A DNA stretch of 15,147 nt. Source: Candidatus Zixiibacteriota bacterium (lineage in GTDB: Bacteria > Zixibacteria > MSB-5A5 > CAIYYT01). Of this stretch, positions 7,460 to 15,069 are shown one piece after another (the stretch's first letter is position 1; every line of letters begins with the position of its first letter). The notes below the pieces were generated by a model. It searched no databases, was not told the DNA's origin, and saw only the letters and a list, made by a program, of their open reading frames with translations. The position numbers were made by a program, and so were the translations under genes. Where the stretch lies: assembly GCA_040235515.1 (NCBI GenBank), contig JBECKX010000093.1, positions 1 through 15,147 of the forward strand, in the 5' to 3' direction.

Positions 7460-8877
7460 GCGGAAAATATTCGATACTCGTGGTTGACGACGATGCGATC
7501 GTCAACGATTTCTTCAAAGAGGCTTTAACAAAATCAGGCTATGATGTTCAGACCGCCACGGCGGCTGATGCGGCGCTGAAATTGATCCAGACGATCGAAT
7601 TCGACCTGATACTCTCCGATGTCAAGATGCCGGGGATGAACGGGATCGAGTTGCTGCGCAAGCTGAAGGATGAGGACCCCGACGCAGTCGTGATCATGAT
7701 TACGGCGCACGGTACGGTGAAAGACGCGGTCGAGGCGATGAAAATCGGCGCGTTTGACTACGTAACCAAGCCGATTCTGAAGGATGATCTGGTTGTGACG
7801 GTGGAGAAGGCGCTGAAGCATCGACGGCTGATCATCGAGAATAGAATGTTGCGGGAGGAGATTCGTACCCGCTACAACTTTGACAATATCGTGGGTGCTG
7901 ATCAGAAGTTGCTGGACCAACTGGAGATGCTTGCCTCGGCGGCAAAGTCGCGGGCGACGATCCTGATCAAGGGAGAATCTGGTACCGGTAAAGAATTGAT
8001 TGCGCGGGCGATTCATTACAATTCGCCCCGCAAGGATGGTCCGTTTGTGGCGATCAACTGTGCAGCGTTGCCGGAGGGGCTGATCGAGTCGGAATTGTTC
8101 GGTCATGAGAAGGGCGCTTTCACGAACGCTATCAAGCAAACGAAGGGAAAGTTTGAGCTGGCGGACGGCGGCACGCTTTTGCTGGATGAGGTGAGCGAGA
8201 TTCCGCTCGGGCTGCAGGCGAAATTGCTGCGGGTAATCCAGGAGCGGGAGATTCAGCGTGTTGGAGCGGAGGCGACGGTTCCGGTGGACACCAGGATCGT
8301 TGCGACGACGAACCGGGAACTTGAGGTGGAGGTCGCCGAGGGCAGGTTCCGGGGTGATCTGTATTACCGCTTGAATGTGATTCCGATAGAGCTACCACCT
8401 TTGCGCCAGCGCAAGCGCGATATTCCGATGCTGGTTCAGCATTTTATCCGCAAGTTCGCTGAAGAAAATGCCAGGGAGGTCAAGGGAATCACGGAACGGG
8501 CATTGAAGCTGATCTGCGATTACAACTGGCCGGGAAATATCCGCGAGCTGGAGAATCAGATTGAGCGGGCGGTTATTTTGTCGAAATCGGACCGAATTAC
8601 GGAAGCTGATCTGCCGGATGTTTTGCCGCTGGGGGATCTGGCTGCGGTTTCGAGCCAGTTGCCAGATGAGGCGATGAGCCTGGCGGAGATGGAGAAAGTG
8701 ATGATCATCAATGCCTTGCGGCGCAACAACAACAACAAGACGAAGGCCGCAGAGGAGTTGCAGATCACGGCTCGCACGCTTCGCAACAAGTTGCACGAAT
8801 ACGGGATGATGGGTAACGCGGAGGATTCAAACTCGGATCTGGCGGAAACGGTGAAATCGGCCTCCGAAGAAAGTTAG
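7456..8877 (+). CDS. Sigma54-dependent response regulator (REC-AAA+-Fis HTH), FleR/FlrC/FlgR-like NtrC family
   Basis: REC domain (ILVVDDD, SDVKMPG, ITAHG, TKP), Walker A GESGTGKE, ESELFGHEKGAFTNA, Walker B LLDEV, GRFRGDLYYRLNV, WPGNIRELEN and HTH NKTKAAEELQITARTLRNKL. GTGA overlap with the kinase stop. Confidence 0.95.
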   Translation: MSGKYSILVVDDDAIVNDFFKEALTKSGYDVQTATAADAALKLIQTIEFDLILSDVKMPGMNGIELLRKLKDEDPDAVVIMITAHGTVKDAVEAMKIGAFDYVTKPILKDDLVVTVEKALKHRRLIIENRMLREEIRTRYNFDNIVGADQKLLDQLEMLASAAKSRATILIKGESGTGKELIARAIHYNSPRKDGPFVAINCAALPEGLIESELFGHEKGAFTNAIKQTKGKFELADGGTLLLDEVSEIPLGLQAKLLRVIQEREIQRVGAEATVPVDTRIVATTNRELEVEVAEGRFRGDLYYRLNVIPIELPPLRQRKRDIPMLVQHFIRKFAEENAREVKGITERALKLICDYNWPGNIRELENQIERAVILSKSDRITEADLPDVLPLGDLAAVSSQLPDEAMSLAEMEKVMIINALRRNNNNKTKAAEELQITARTLRNKLHEYGMMGNAEDSNSDLAETVKSASEES

Positions 8878-8890
8878 CTCTTTCTGAGCT

Positions 8891-8937
8891 GCAACTTTGG
8901 TCAAACCGAGGGGGCGCGAATGACCAAAGCTGCTTTT
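8891..8937 (+). terminator. Probable terminator after the sigma54 activator
   Basis: GCAACTTTGGTCA (8891-8903) / TGACCAAAGCTGC (8921-8933), 12 of 13 paired, with a 17-nt loop, followed by TTTT. Confidence 0.55.
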
Positions 8938-9027
8938 ACCCCTTAAAATACCCTCTTTCACCGCAGCATTGCACGTCTTAACCATTGCTACGTCAATAGT
9001 TGCGACGGTGGCACGGCAAAAAAGCGT

Positions 9028-9056
9028 TTGACATCGATTATGGCCGGAAATATATT
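9028..9056 (+). promoter_or_regulatory. Sigma70 promoter of the outer-membrane protein gene
   Basis: TTGACA (9028-9033) - 17 nt - TATATT (9051-9056). SD AAGGAG at 9089-9094. Confidence 0.8.
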
Positions 9057-9104
9057 CCAAGCTTTAATTTTGGAGAGGCTTGTAGACTAAGGAGACAGTG
9101 AAGT

Positions 9105-10661
9105 ATGCGCAATGTTACGGCTAAAGCTGTAGTGATAATATTGGCGTTCTCGTGTATGGCGTTCGCGCAGGATTTCCATTTCTATCCCTTCACGTTGATC
9201 GACCAGCAGATGGTGGGATCTGGTGCACGTGCGCGGGCGATGGGTGGTGCGTTTCTTGGCCTCTCGGACGATGCCTCTGCACTTACATGGAACCCTGCCG
9301 GGTTGATCCAAACGGAGAAGACCCATGTGGCGATCTCGGGAAATCTTGACCGTCTGAAGACGGAGGACAATATCTCGTTCATGTCTTCGGCGCTCCCCGA
9401 TTTTGCGGCTGACATTTCCGACAACAAGATAAATCTGAGCTACGCCTCGTTCGTTTCGCCGCTTCGCATCAAGGGACACCTGGTGAGCCTGGCGGCGGGT
9501 TATCAGAAGAGCCGCAATTATGTCGATGAGATTTTCAACTGGGAGTACCAGGAATTTCTCTTCTCCGACCTGAACACGCCGACCAATTACAGGGGCACCG
9601 CAGCGCAGTCGACGACGATCGAGAGCGACCTCGATGAGTTCCTGCTTGGTTTCGGCACGAACATTTACGGGGACTTGGCTTTTGGTGGATCGCTGAGTAT
9701 TTTTAGCGGCGCCGGGATGTATGACTATTCATCGAGTCTCACCGATACTGTTGCCGACGAATTCGGCGGACAGGTGGTTGACTCGGTTGAAATCGTGAAC
9801 AAGGTGCGGGTCAGTGACGAGACCGATATCAGTGGTTTCAAGCTGGCCGGATCGCTGCTTTATGTCGCCGAGAAGTTCTCGGTGGGTCTCGTGGTGTCGG
9901 CCCCTTATGAGCTGTCGTACGAGCATGACCTGACGCGCGCTGACACGCTGTTTTCGAAGTCGATTGATATAGTTGGAGAGGGGCTGCCGAATGCATCGAC
10001 CACCACGCTTTACCGTGGCAAGACCAAGGAAGAGGTACCGTTGACGATCGGGTTTGGCGCAGCGGTGAAGCCGTCGGAGCGTCTGACGCTCGTGGCGGAT
10101 TTCCAGTACCGCGGCACCAGCAATTCGACCTATTTCGTTCGTACCGAGGAATTGCCGCCCCAGCCGACTTCGAGGGACTCGATCAATCTGTTGACGCTGC
10201 CGTGGTCGATTTACTACGAGGATTCGATCGGAACGTCGTATTTCACCGCTTCCGGTGACTATGTCGAGATTTTCAGCGAGTTCGAGATGGAGTATGAGAA
10301 CTCCAACCAGATCGCCGTTGGTGGTGAGTATATGGCGGCGACGCGCTTCGGCGAGATTCCGCTGCGCGCCGGTTTCCGCTATTCGGCGCTGCCGTACCGC
10401 GAGGTTTCGAATCTGGAGCGCAATCGTTTCGGCCAGGTGGAGGCGGGTTATACGCTGGGGGACCAGGTCACGCGGAACACGATTACCCTGGGTTCGGGCA
10501 TCCATTGGAATCAGATCTGGTTAGATTTCACAGTGGAGTTGAAGAGTGAAGAGCAGGTGCAGTCGGGCACGTTTGTCCGTGAGGAGGGGATACAGGCGTA
10601 TGAGAACATGCGCAAGCGCAGCAATTCCGCTCTGATAGTGAACTTCACGGGGTTCTTCTAG
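9105..10661 (+). CDS. Outer-membrane beta-barrel protein, OMPP1/FadL/TodX (or PorV-like) superfamily
   Basis: 518 aa. Signal peptide ending ...CMAFA|QD, hatch signature GSGARARAMGGAF..DDASALTWNPAGL, amphipathic beta-strands, PLRAGFRY and a C-terminal Phe (VNFTGFF). Confidence 0.85.
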   Translation: MRNVTAKAVVIILAFSCMAFAQDFHFYPFTLIDQQMVGSGARARAMGGAFLGLSDDASALTWNPAGLIQTEKTHVAISGNLDRLKTEDNISFMSSALPDFAADISDNKINLSYASFVSPLRIKGHLVSLAAGYQKSRNYVDEIFNWEYQEFLFSDLNTPTNYRGTAAQSTTIESDLDEFLLGFGTNIYGDLAFGGSLSIFSGAGMYDYSSSLTDTVADEFGGQVVDSVEIVNKVRVSDETDISGFKLAGSLLYVAEKFSVGLVVSAPYELSYEHDLTRADTLFSKSIDIVGEGLPNASTTTLYRGKTKEEVPLTIGFGAAVKPSERLTLVADFQYRGTSNSTYFVRTEELPPQPTSRDSINLLTLPWSIYYEDSIGTSYFTASGDYVEIFSEFEMEYENSNQIAVGGEYMAATRFGEIPLRAGFRYSALPYREVSNLERNRFGQVEAGYTLGDQVTRNTITLGSGIHWNQIWLDFTVELKSEEQVQSGTFVREEGIQAYENMRKRSNSALIVNFTGFF

Positions 10662-10704
10662 GCACACGACGCTCACAGATACGGAAGCCGATTGTAAGCT
10701 AATG

Positions 10705-10739
10705 AAGCGAACGGGGTGAAGACTCCGTTCGCTTTTCTT
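10705..10739 (+). terminator. Rho-independent terminator after the OMP gene
   Basis: AAGCGAACGGGGT (10705-10717) / ACTCCGTTCGCTT (10722-10734) with a GAAG loop, then TTCTT. Confidence 0.85.
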
Positions 10740-10779
10740 ACCGCCACATTTCAGCAAAGAACCGTCACAAAAAAACAGG

Positions 10780-10807
10780 TTGCATCTGGGCAGAAAACCG
10801 CTAAAAT
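10780..10807 (+). promoter_or_regulatory. Putative sigma70 promoter for the TPR-GH57 unit
   Basis: A-tract followed by TTGCAT (10780-10785) - 16 nt - TAAAAT (10802-10807). Confidence 0.5.
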
Positions 10808-10862
10808 AATAGGCTCAATTGTATCAATCCCGCTCGCGGGCACTTTAGGAGATTTGTACCGA

Positions 10863-11561
10863 ATGACTACGAAGAAAAGAATGACGAAACACCAGTTGAA
10901 GGAAGACCAGTTCGTTACTGGTGTGTTCAGATTTCAGGAATGGGCTGAAGAGAACCTGAATACGATCTTCATCGTTGCGGGTGTCGTGATCGTCATTATC
11001 GTGGGAATCTGGTTTTTCTCGTCACAGAGTGCGCGTTCGAAACAGGCGGCGATGGATCTGCTGGGTCGCGCGGATGTTCAGGCTCGCAACGGTCAGACGC
11101 AGCTGGCGATCATCGATTACCAGAAGGTTCTGGATGACTACTCGGGAAGCAACGCAGCGCATATCGCCGCGTTCCGTCTGGCGAATGTCTATTTCAACTC
11201 GAATGACTGGGCCAACGCCGAGTCGGCCTTCCGCACCTACCTTGACAAGTATGCCACTGATGATGTCGATCGGTTCTCGGCCAAGCGCGGGATCGCGATG
11301 ACGACCGCTTCGCAGGGCAAATTCGGGGATGCGGCGAAACAGTATTGGGAGCTTGCCCAGACCGATTCGGTTACGGGCTTCGACAACGAGTATTTGTCGA
11401 AGGCGGTTACCTACGGATTGAAGGCCGAGGATTCTGCGCTCGCAGTCGAGGCATTTCACAAGTTGGAGCAGAAGTCACCTAACAGCGAGGAATTTCGGAT
11501 GGCGAAGATCCTCCTGATTGAGCAAGGCTATCTCACCTATCAAGAGGGCGATTATCAATAG
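10863..11561 (+). CDS. Membrane-anchored tetratricopeptide repeat protein (YfgM-like)
   Basis: ATG 10863 with SD AGGAG at 10847-10851. LKEDQFV..FQEWAEEN precedes a single TM helix (IFIVAGVVIVIIVGIWFF), followed by TPR-like helices (AIIDYQKVLDDYSGS, AAFRLANVYF, AESAFRTYLDKY). Confidence 0.85.
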   Translation: MTTKKRMTKHQLKEDQFVTGVFRFQEWAEENLNTIFIVAGVVIVIIVGIWFFSSQSARSKQAAMDLLGRADVQARNGQTQLAIIDYQKVLDDYSGSNAAHIAAFRLANVYFNSNDWANAESAFRTYLDKYATDDVDRFSAKRGIAMTTASQGKFGDAAKQYWELAQTDSVTGFDNEYLSKAVTYGLKAEDSALAVEAFHKLEQKSPNSEEFRMAKILLIEQGYLTYQEGDYQ

Positions 11562-11582
11562 CCCGGCGCGGCCGATGAAAAG

Positions 11583-13736
11583 ATGAAGATCTGTTTCATC
11601 TGGCACATGCACCAGCCTTATTATAAGGACCTCAAAACCGGGGAGTATTTGATGCCGTGGGTGCGTCTGCATGGCAGCAAGGACTATTTAGATATGTTGC
11701 TGCTGCTGGACGAATTCCCGCGAATCAAGCAGACGTTCAACCTGGTGCCCTCACTTTTAGATCAGATCAAAGACTATACCGATAATGGCGCGCAGGATCG
11801 TCACCTGCAGCTCTCGCGTCGCGCCGCGGCCAAGCTGACCGACGATGAGAAGGTCGAGGTGTGCAGCAGCTTCTTTACGGCACACTACCCGACGATGATC
11901 GAACCGTTTCCGCGCTACAAGGAACTGCATGCCAGGTGTCGCGAGAAGGAACCGCGCAAGTTGCTCATGAGCATGACGACTCAGGACCTGCTTGATTTGC
12001 AATGCTGGGCGAACGCTGTCTGGATCGATCCGATGTTCCGCAACGAGAAGCCGGCAAAGGTGGTTTTCGAGAAGGGGCGCAAATTCACCGAGGAGACGAA
12101 GCAGAACCTGCTTGATTTTCAGATAGAGTTGATGCGCCGCACCGTACCTGCCTACAAGGAGCGTCAGGAGCGAGGACAGGTCGAGGTGAGTTTTTCGCCG
12201 TACTATCACCCGATTTTACCGCTGCTGGTCGATACCGAGGCTGCACGGGAAGCGTTACCGAAGATTCAGCTTCCGGAGCGTCGTTTCCAGCACCCGGAGG
12301 ATGCAAGGACGCAGGTGGCGCGCTCGGCACAGCTTTACCGGGAGCTGTTCGGTCGTGATTTGCGAGGCATGTGGCCCTCGGAGGGCTCGGTTTCGCAGGC
12401 GATTTTGCCGATTCTGGCTGAGCAGGGGATTGGCTGGATAGCAACCGATGAAGAAGTCTACTTCGCAAGCCGGAAGCTCTCGGGCGGCCCGGCGCTTCCC
12501 AGCACCAACGGCAACAGCTTCCACCGTGCCTTCAGCGTGGGAGCAGACGAGAACCGGATAGGTATTTTATTCCGTGACCACAAGCTTTCAGATAAGATCG
12601 GCTTCGTGTATTCCAACTGGTCAGCTGATCAGGCGGCGGAGGATTTTGTCCAGTCGTTGCATCAACTGCGCAAGGTGCTGAAGGATGATCCTGACGGGGT
12701 GGTATCAATAATACTTGATGGTGAGAATGCCTGGGAGTATTACAAAGCGGATGGCGGTGATTTCCTGCGGGCGCTTTATGGGCGCATTGAGGAGGATGAG
12801 GAGCTTGAGACGGTGCTGCCGTCTGAGTTGTTTTCAGATCATTCCAGCATCGAGGCGATTCCGAGATTGTTTGCGGGGTCGTGGATCAGTCATAATTTCC
12901 GTGTCTGGATCGGGCATGAAGAGGACAACAGCGCCTGGGATTTGTTGAAGACGACTCGTGATGCGCTGGTAACGGCGGAGCAATCGAGTTCACCGCCGAG
13001 CGAGGCTGATCTCAAGACCGCCTGGGAGGAGATCTATATCGCGGAGGGTTCAGACTGGTGCTGGTGGTATGGGGATGAACATCACACAGAACACTTCGCG
13101 ACGTTTGATTATCTGTTCCGCAAGCATCTGCTCAACGTCTGGGAGATCATCGGCAAGGAGGCGCCTGCGGGTTTGCAGCAGCCGTTGCGGCAGCGGCAAC
13201 GGCTGGCCGGGATTGAGGATCCTACAGATTTCCTGTCACCGCGAATCGATGGCCGGCGCTCGAGTTACTTCGAGTGGTTCGGCGCAGGCAGGGTCGATTG
13301 CCGGCGGCTGGGTGGCTCGATGCATCGCGCGAGCAACAAGATCGCGGAGATATTATTCGGTTACGATCACGAAGCACTCTATTTTCGTATAGATTTTGAT
13401 GGTAAGCCCGTGACCGCCACTGAGGCGGAGTTGATACTGTTTTCGTTTGCCGGCGATCAACAGTTTGAGCTTCGAGTCGGAGGCGAGGGTTGTGTGCTGA
13501 CGCTTGCCGGCAAGGGGGAGGATGCCGCCGCAGCGCAGGCGGTGTGCGAGTCGGCCTGGGGCGAGATTGTGGAGGTTGCGATTCCACGCACGATCCTGAA
13601 TCGCCGCGACAAGATGACGTTGCAGTTCGCGGTGAGCTTCTTCGAGAAAGAAAAACTTGTTGAACGCTGGCCGGAAGCTCATTATATAGCGTTGGATTTG
13701 CCGAAAGCGGGAGAGACCCTCTTCTGGCAGGTGTGA
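11583..13736 (+). CDS. Glycoside hydrolase family 57 (amylopullulanase/alpha-amylase-like), apparently cytoplasmic
   Basis: GH57 conserved regions WHMHQP, GQVEV, WPSEGS (nucleophile Glu), LDGENAW (acid/base Asp) and AEGSDWCWWY. Extra beta-rich C-terminal domain; no signal peptide. Confidence 0.93.
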   Translation: MKICFIWHMHQPYYKDLKTGEYLMPWVRLHGSKDYLDMLLLLDEFPRIKQTFNLVPSLLDQIKDYTDNGAQDRHLQLSRRAAAKLTDDEKVEVCSSFFTAHYPTMIEPFPRYKELHARCREKEPRKLLMSMTTQDLLDLQCWANAVWIDPMFRNEKPAKVVFEKGRKFTEETKQNLLDFQIELMRRTVPAYKERQERGQVEVSFSPYYHPILPLLVDTEAAREALPKIQLPERRFQHPEDARTQVARSAQLYRELFGRDLRGMWPSEGSVSQAILPILAEQGIGWIATDEEVYFASRKLSGGPALPSTNGNSFHRAFSVGADENRIGILFRDHKLSDKIGFVYSNWSADQAAEDFVQSLHQLRKVLKDDPDGVVSIILDGENAWEYYKADGGDFLRALYGRIEEDEELETVLPSELFSDHSSIEAIPRLFAGSWISHNFRVWIGHEEDNSAWDLLKTTRDALVTAEQSSSPPSEADLKTAWEEIYIAEGSDWCWWYGDEHHTEHFATFDYLFRKHLLNVWEIIGKEAPAGLQQPLRQRQRLAGIEDPTDFLSPRIDGRRSSYFEWFGAGRVDCRRLGGSMHRASNKIAEILFGYDHEALYFRIDFDGKPVTATEAELILFSFAGDQQFELRVGGEGCVLTLAGKGEDAAAAQAVCESAWGEIVEVAIPRTILNRRDKMTLQFAVSFFEKEKLVERWPEAHYIALDLPKAGETLFWQV

Positions 13737-13809
13737 CAGTACGCGGGTTGAAATCGCCCGGAGTGCTGCATGAATCTACGCGCCGACAGGAATCCCCTCC
13801 TGGCGGAAA

Positions 13810-14247
13810 ATGGAGAAGAAGATTCTTATGGAAGAGAAAGAATTCGATTCCGAGAGCGATCGTGACGAAGCGGGCGAACTGGGTGGAACTCCGAAGGCTG
13901 AGGATATTGATTTTGAAACGGATGGCACCCGGCTCAATGAAGAGGAGATGATTGAGGAGGGTCGGGCGGCAGCGATCCTGGGCTACGTGCCGTTCCTCTG
14001 CTTCATTCCGCTTATCCGTATGCGTCACAACAAGTTTGCTTACAAGCACGGCAAGCAGGGATTGTTTTTGTTTTTTATCGAGATTCTGGCGGTCTTTTTC
14101 ATGGTAGATGTTATCTCGAATCTCTTCTGGGGTGTATTATTGATTTTGGCGGTCTTGTCTGCCATCTTTGGGATCATCTATGCTATTCAGGGTAAAGAGT
14201 TTACGATCCCGTTCATTGGTGAGACGGCGAACAAGCTGAAAATTTAG
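13810..14247 (+). CDS. Small membrane protein, DUF4870/Tic20-like, with acidic N-terminus
   Basis: AAILGYVPFLCFIPL...KFAYKHGKQGLFLF...AIQGKEFTIPFIG pattern with three hydrophobic segments. Start at 13810 or 13828. Confidence 0.75.
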   Translation: MEKKILMEEKEFDSESDRDEAGELGGTPKAEDIDFETDGTRLNEEEMIEEGRAAAILGYVPFLCFIPLIRMRHNKFAYKHGKQGLFLFFIEILAVFFMVDVISNLFWGVLLILAVLSAIFGIIYAIQGKEFTIPFIGETANKLKI

Positions 14248-14248
14248 C

Positions 14249-14277
14249 TTGCCTACTCCCCGTTTCCTGCGTATTAT
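14249..14277 (+). promoter_or_regulatory. Putative sigma70 promoter for the GNAT gene
   Basis: TTGCCT (14249-14254) - 17 nt - TATTAT (14272-14277). Confidence 0.6.
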
Positions 14278-14385
14278 ATATAGACTTATTCGAATAAGGT
14301 GGGGTGGCATGGAAATGCCGTTTTAACTATTGGTTTCATTTCAACCCCGCTGTCGTGAAAGAATCACGCGTTCGGAGGGAAGTAG

Positions 14386-14817
14386 ATGCTGATTTTCAAA
14401 CAACCGTCGGAGACGGAATTCCGGCAGGTTCAGAGAATGGCTCGTCGATATGAGCTTGGCAACGGAGAACTGCAGCGCGAGCAATTCACAATTTTAAAGA
14501 ACAATGACACGCTGCTTGGATTTGCCTCGCTCCGCTCCACCGAAGGCTACACAGAGTTAGAGACGTTAGCCGTGTCGGAGCCGCATCGCGGACAGGGCTG
14601 GGGTAAGATGCTGGTGCAGAAGGTTCAAGAGAATGGGCCAGACACGATCTGGCTGGCGACCGACATGCCGAAGTATTTCGAGAAGCTGAAGTTTGTGACT
14701 TCGAAGCAGGTGCCGCGCGAGTTGGCGCGCAAGATCAACCCCGATACGCCGCCGTTTGCCAAGAATGGTGGTCGCAACAAGATGCGGGCGATGGTTTTCA
14801 TGAAGAAGAAGCCGTGA
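14386..14817 (+). CDS. GNAT-family N-acetyltransferase (resembles short ArgA-type enzymes)
   Basis: Motif A ELETLAVSEPHRGQGWGKMLV and motif B IWLATDMPKYFEKLKF. SD GGAGGG upstream. Confidence 0.88.
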   Translation: MLIFKQPSETEFRQVQRMARRYELGNGELQREQFTILKNNDTLLGFASLRSTEGYTELETLAVSEPHRGQGWGKMLVQKVQENGPDTIWLATDMPKYFEKLKFVTSKQVPRELARKINPDTPPFAKNGGRNKMRAMVFMKKKP

Positions 14818-14885
14818 CTGGCCGAATCTTCTATTGGAGAGAAATCGAAAAAGAAGTCCGATAAATGATCTGAGCCTCGGCTCGG

Positions 14886-14926
14886 AAAAAAGAGACGCCC
14901 GGCTGACTTGAGCCGGGCGTTTTTTT
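14886..14926. terminator. Bidirectional rho-independent terminator
   Basis: A6 (14886-14891), stem ACGCCCGGCT (14895-14904) / AGCCGGGCGT (14911-14920), then a T-run to 14926. Confidence 0.9.
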
Positions 14927-14978
14927 GTTGTGGTAGGCGATATTGCTCGATGGTGCGGCACAGTTTGGGAGGCAACTC

Positions 14979-15006
14979 CATGGGTACCCCAACATGGGTA
15001 CCCCAA
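14979..15006 (+). repeat. 14-bp tandem duplication CATGGGTACCCCAA x2
   Basis: Exact adjacent copies at 14979-14992 and 14993-15006. Confidence 0.9.
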
Positions 15007-15069
15007 CCCTTGGGTTGGGGAGCTCAAGAATCGACGTTTATTCGCCCCAGCCCGAGGGCTGGGGTACCC
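14996..15069. repeat. Inverted pair of REP-like palindromes (REPIN/BIME-like doublet)
   Basis: GGGTACCCCAACCCTTGGGTTGGGG (14996-15020) versus the reverse complement of 15045-15069, GGGTACCCCAGCCCTCGGGCTGGGG. They are 22/25 identical and each forms an internal hairpin. Confidence 0.75.

Noticed and set aside
8724..8735. (AAC)4 microsatellite
   Set aside because: It is an in-frame Asn run at the usual G/N-N position before the Fis HTH and is too short to suggest phase variation.
9009..9025. TGGCACG as a sigma54 -24 box upstream of the OMP gene
   Set aside because: GC falls at GG-N12 rather than N10 and there is no TTGC. A consensus sigma70 promoter explains the region.
10716..10862. N-terminal extension of the TPR protein from GTG 10716
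   Set aside because: The start lies inside the terminator stem, whereas ATG 10863 has an SD and an upstream promoter.
1888..14049. Long antisense or alternate-frame ORFs (e.g. 2297-2764, 3162-3998, 3524-3958, 6557-7429, 7534-8139, 9729-10505, 13222-14049, 13733-13951)
   Set aside because: They overlap well-supported genes, have no recognisable motifs, and show the Arg/His-rich composition typical of shadow frames in GC-rich DNA.
14305..14318. TGGCATGGAAATGC as a sigma54 promoter or fluoride riboswitch
   Set aside because: The spacing is GG-N9-GC, and the conserved fluoride riboswitch nucleotides (GAUGGxGU ... UGAUGAC.CCUAC) are not properly matched.
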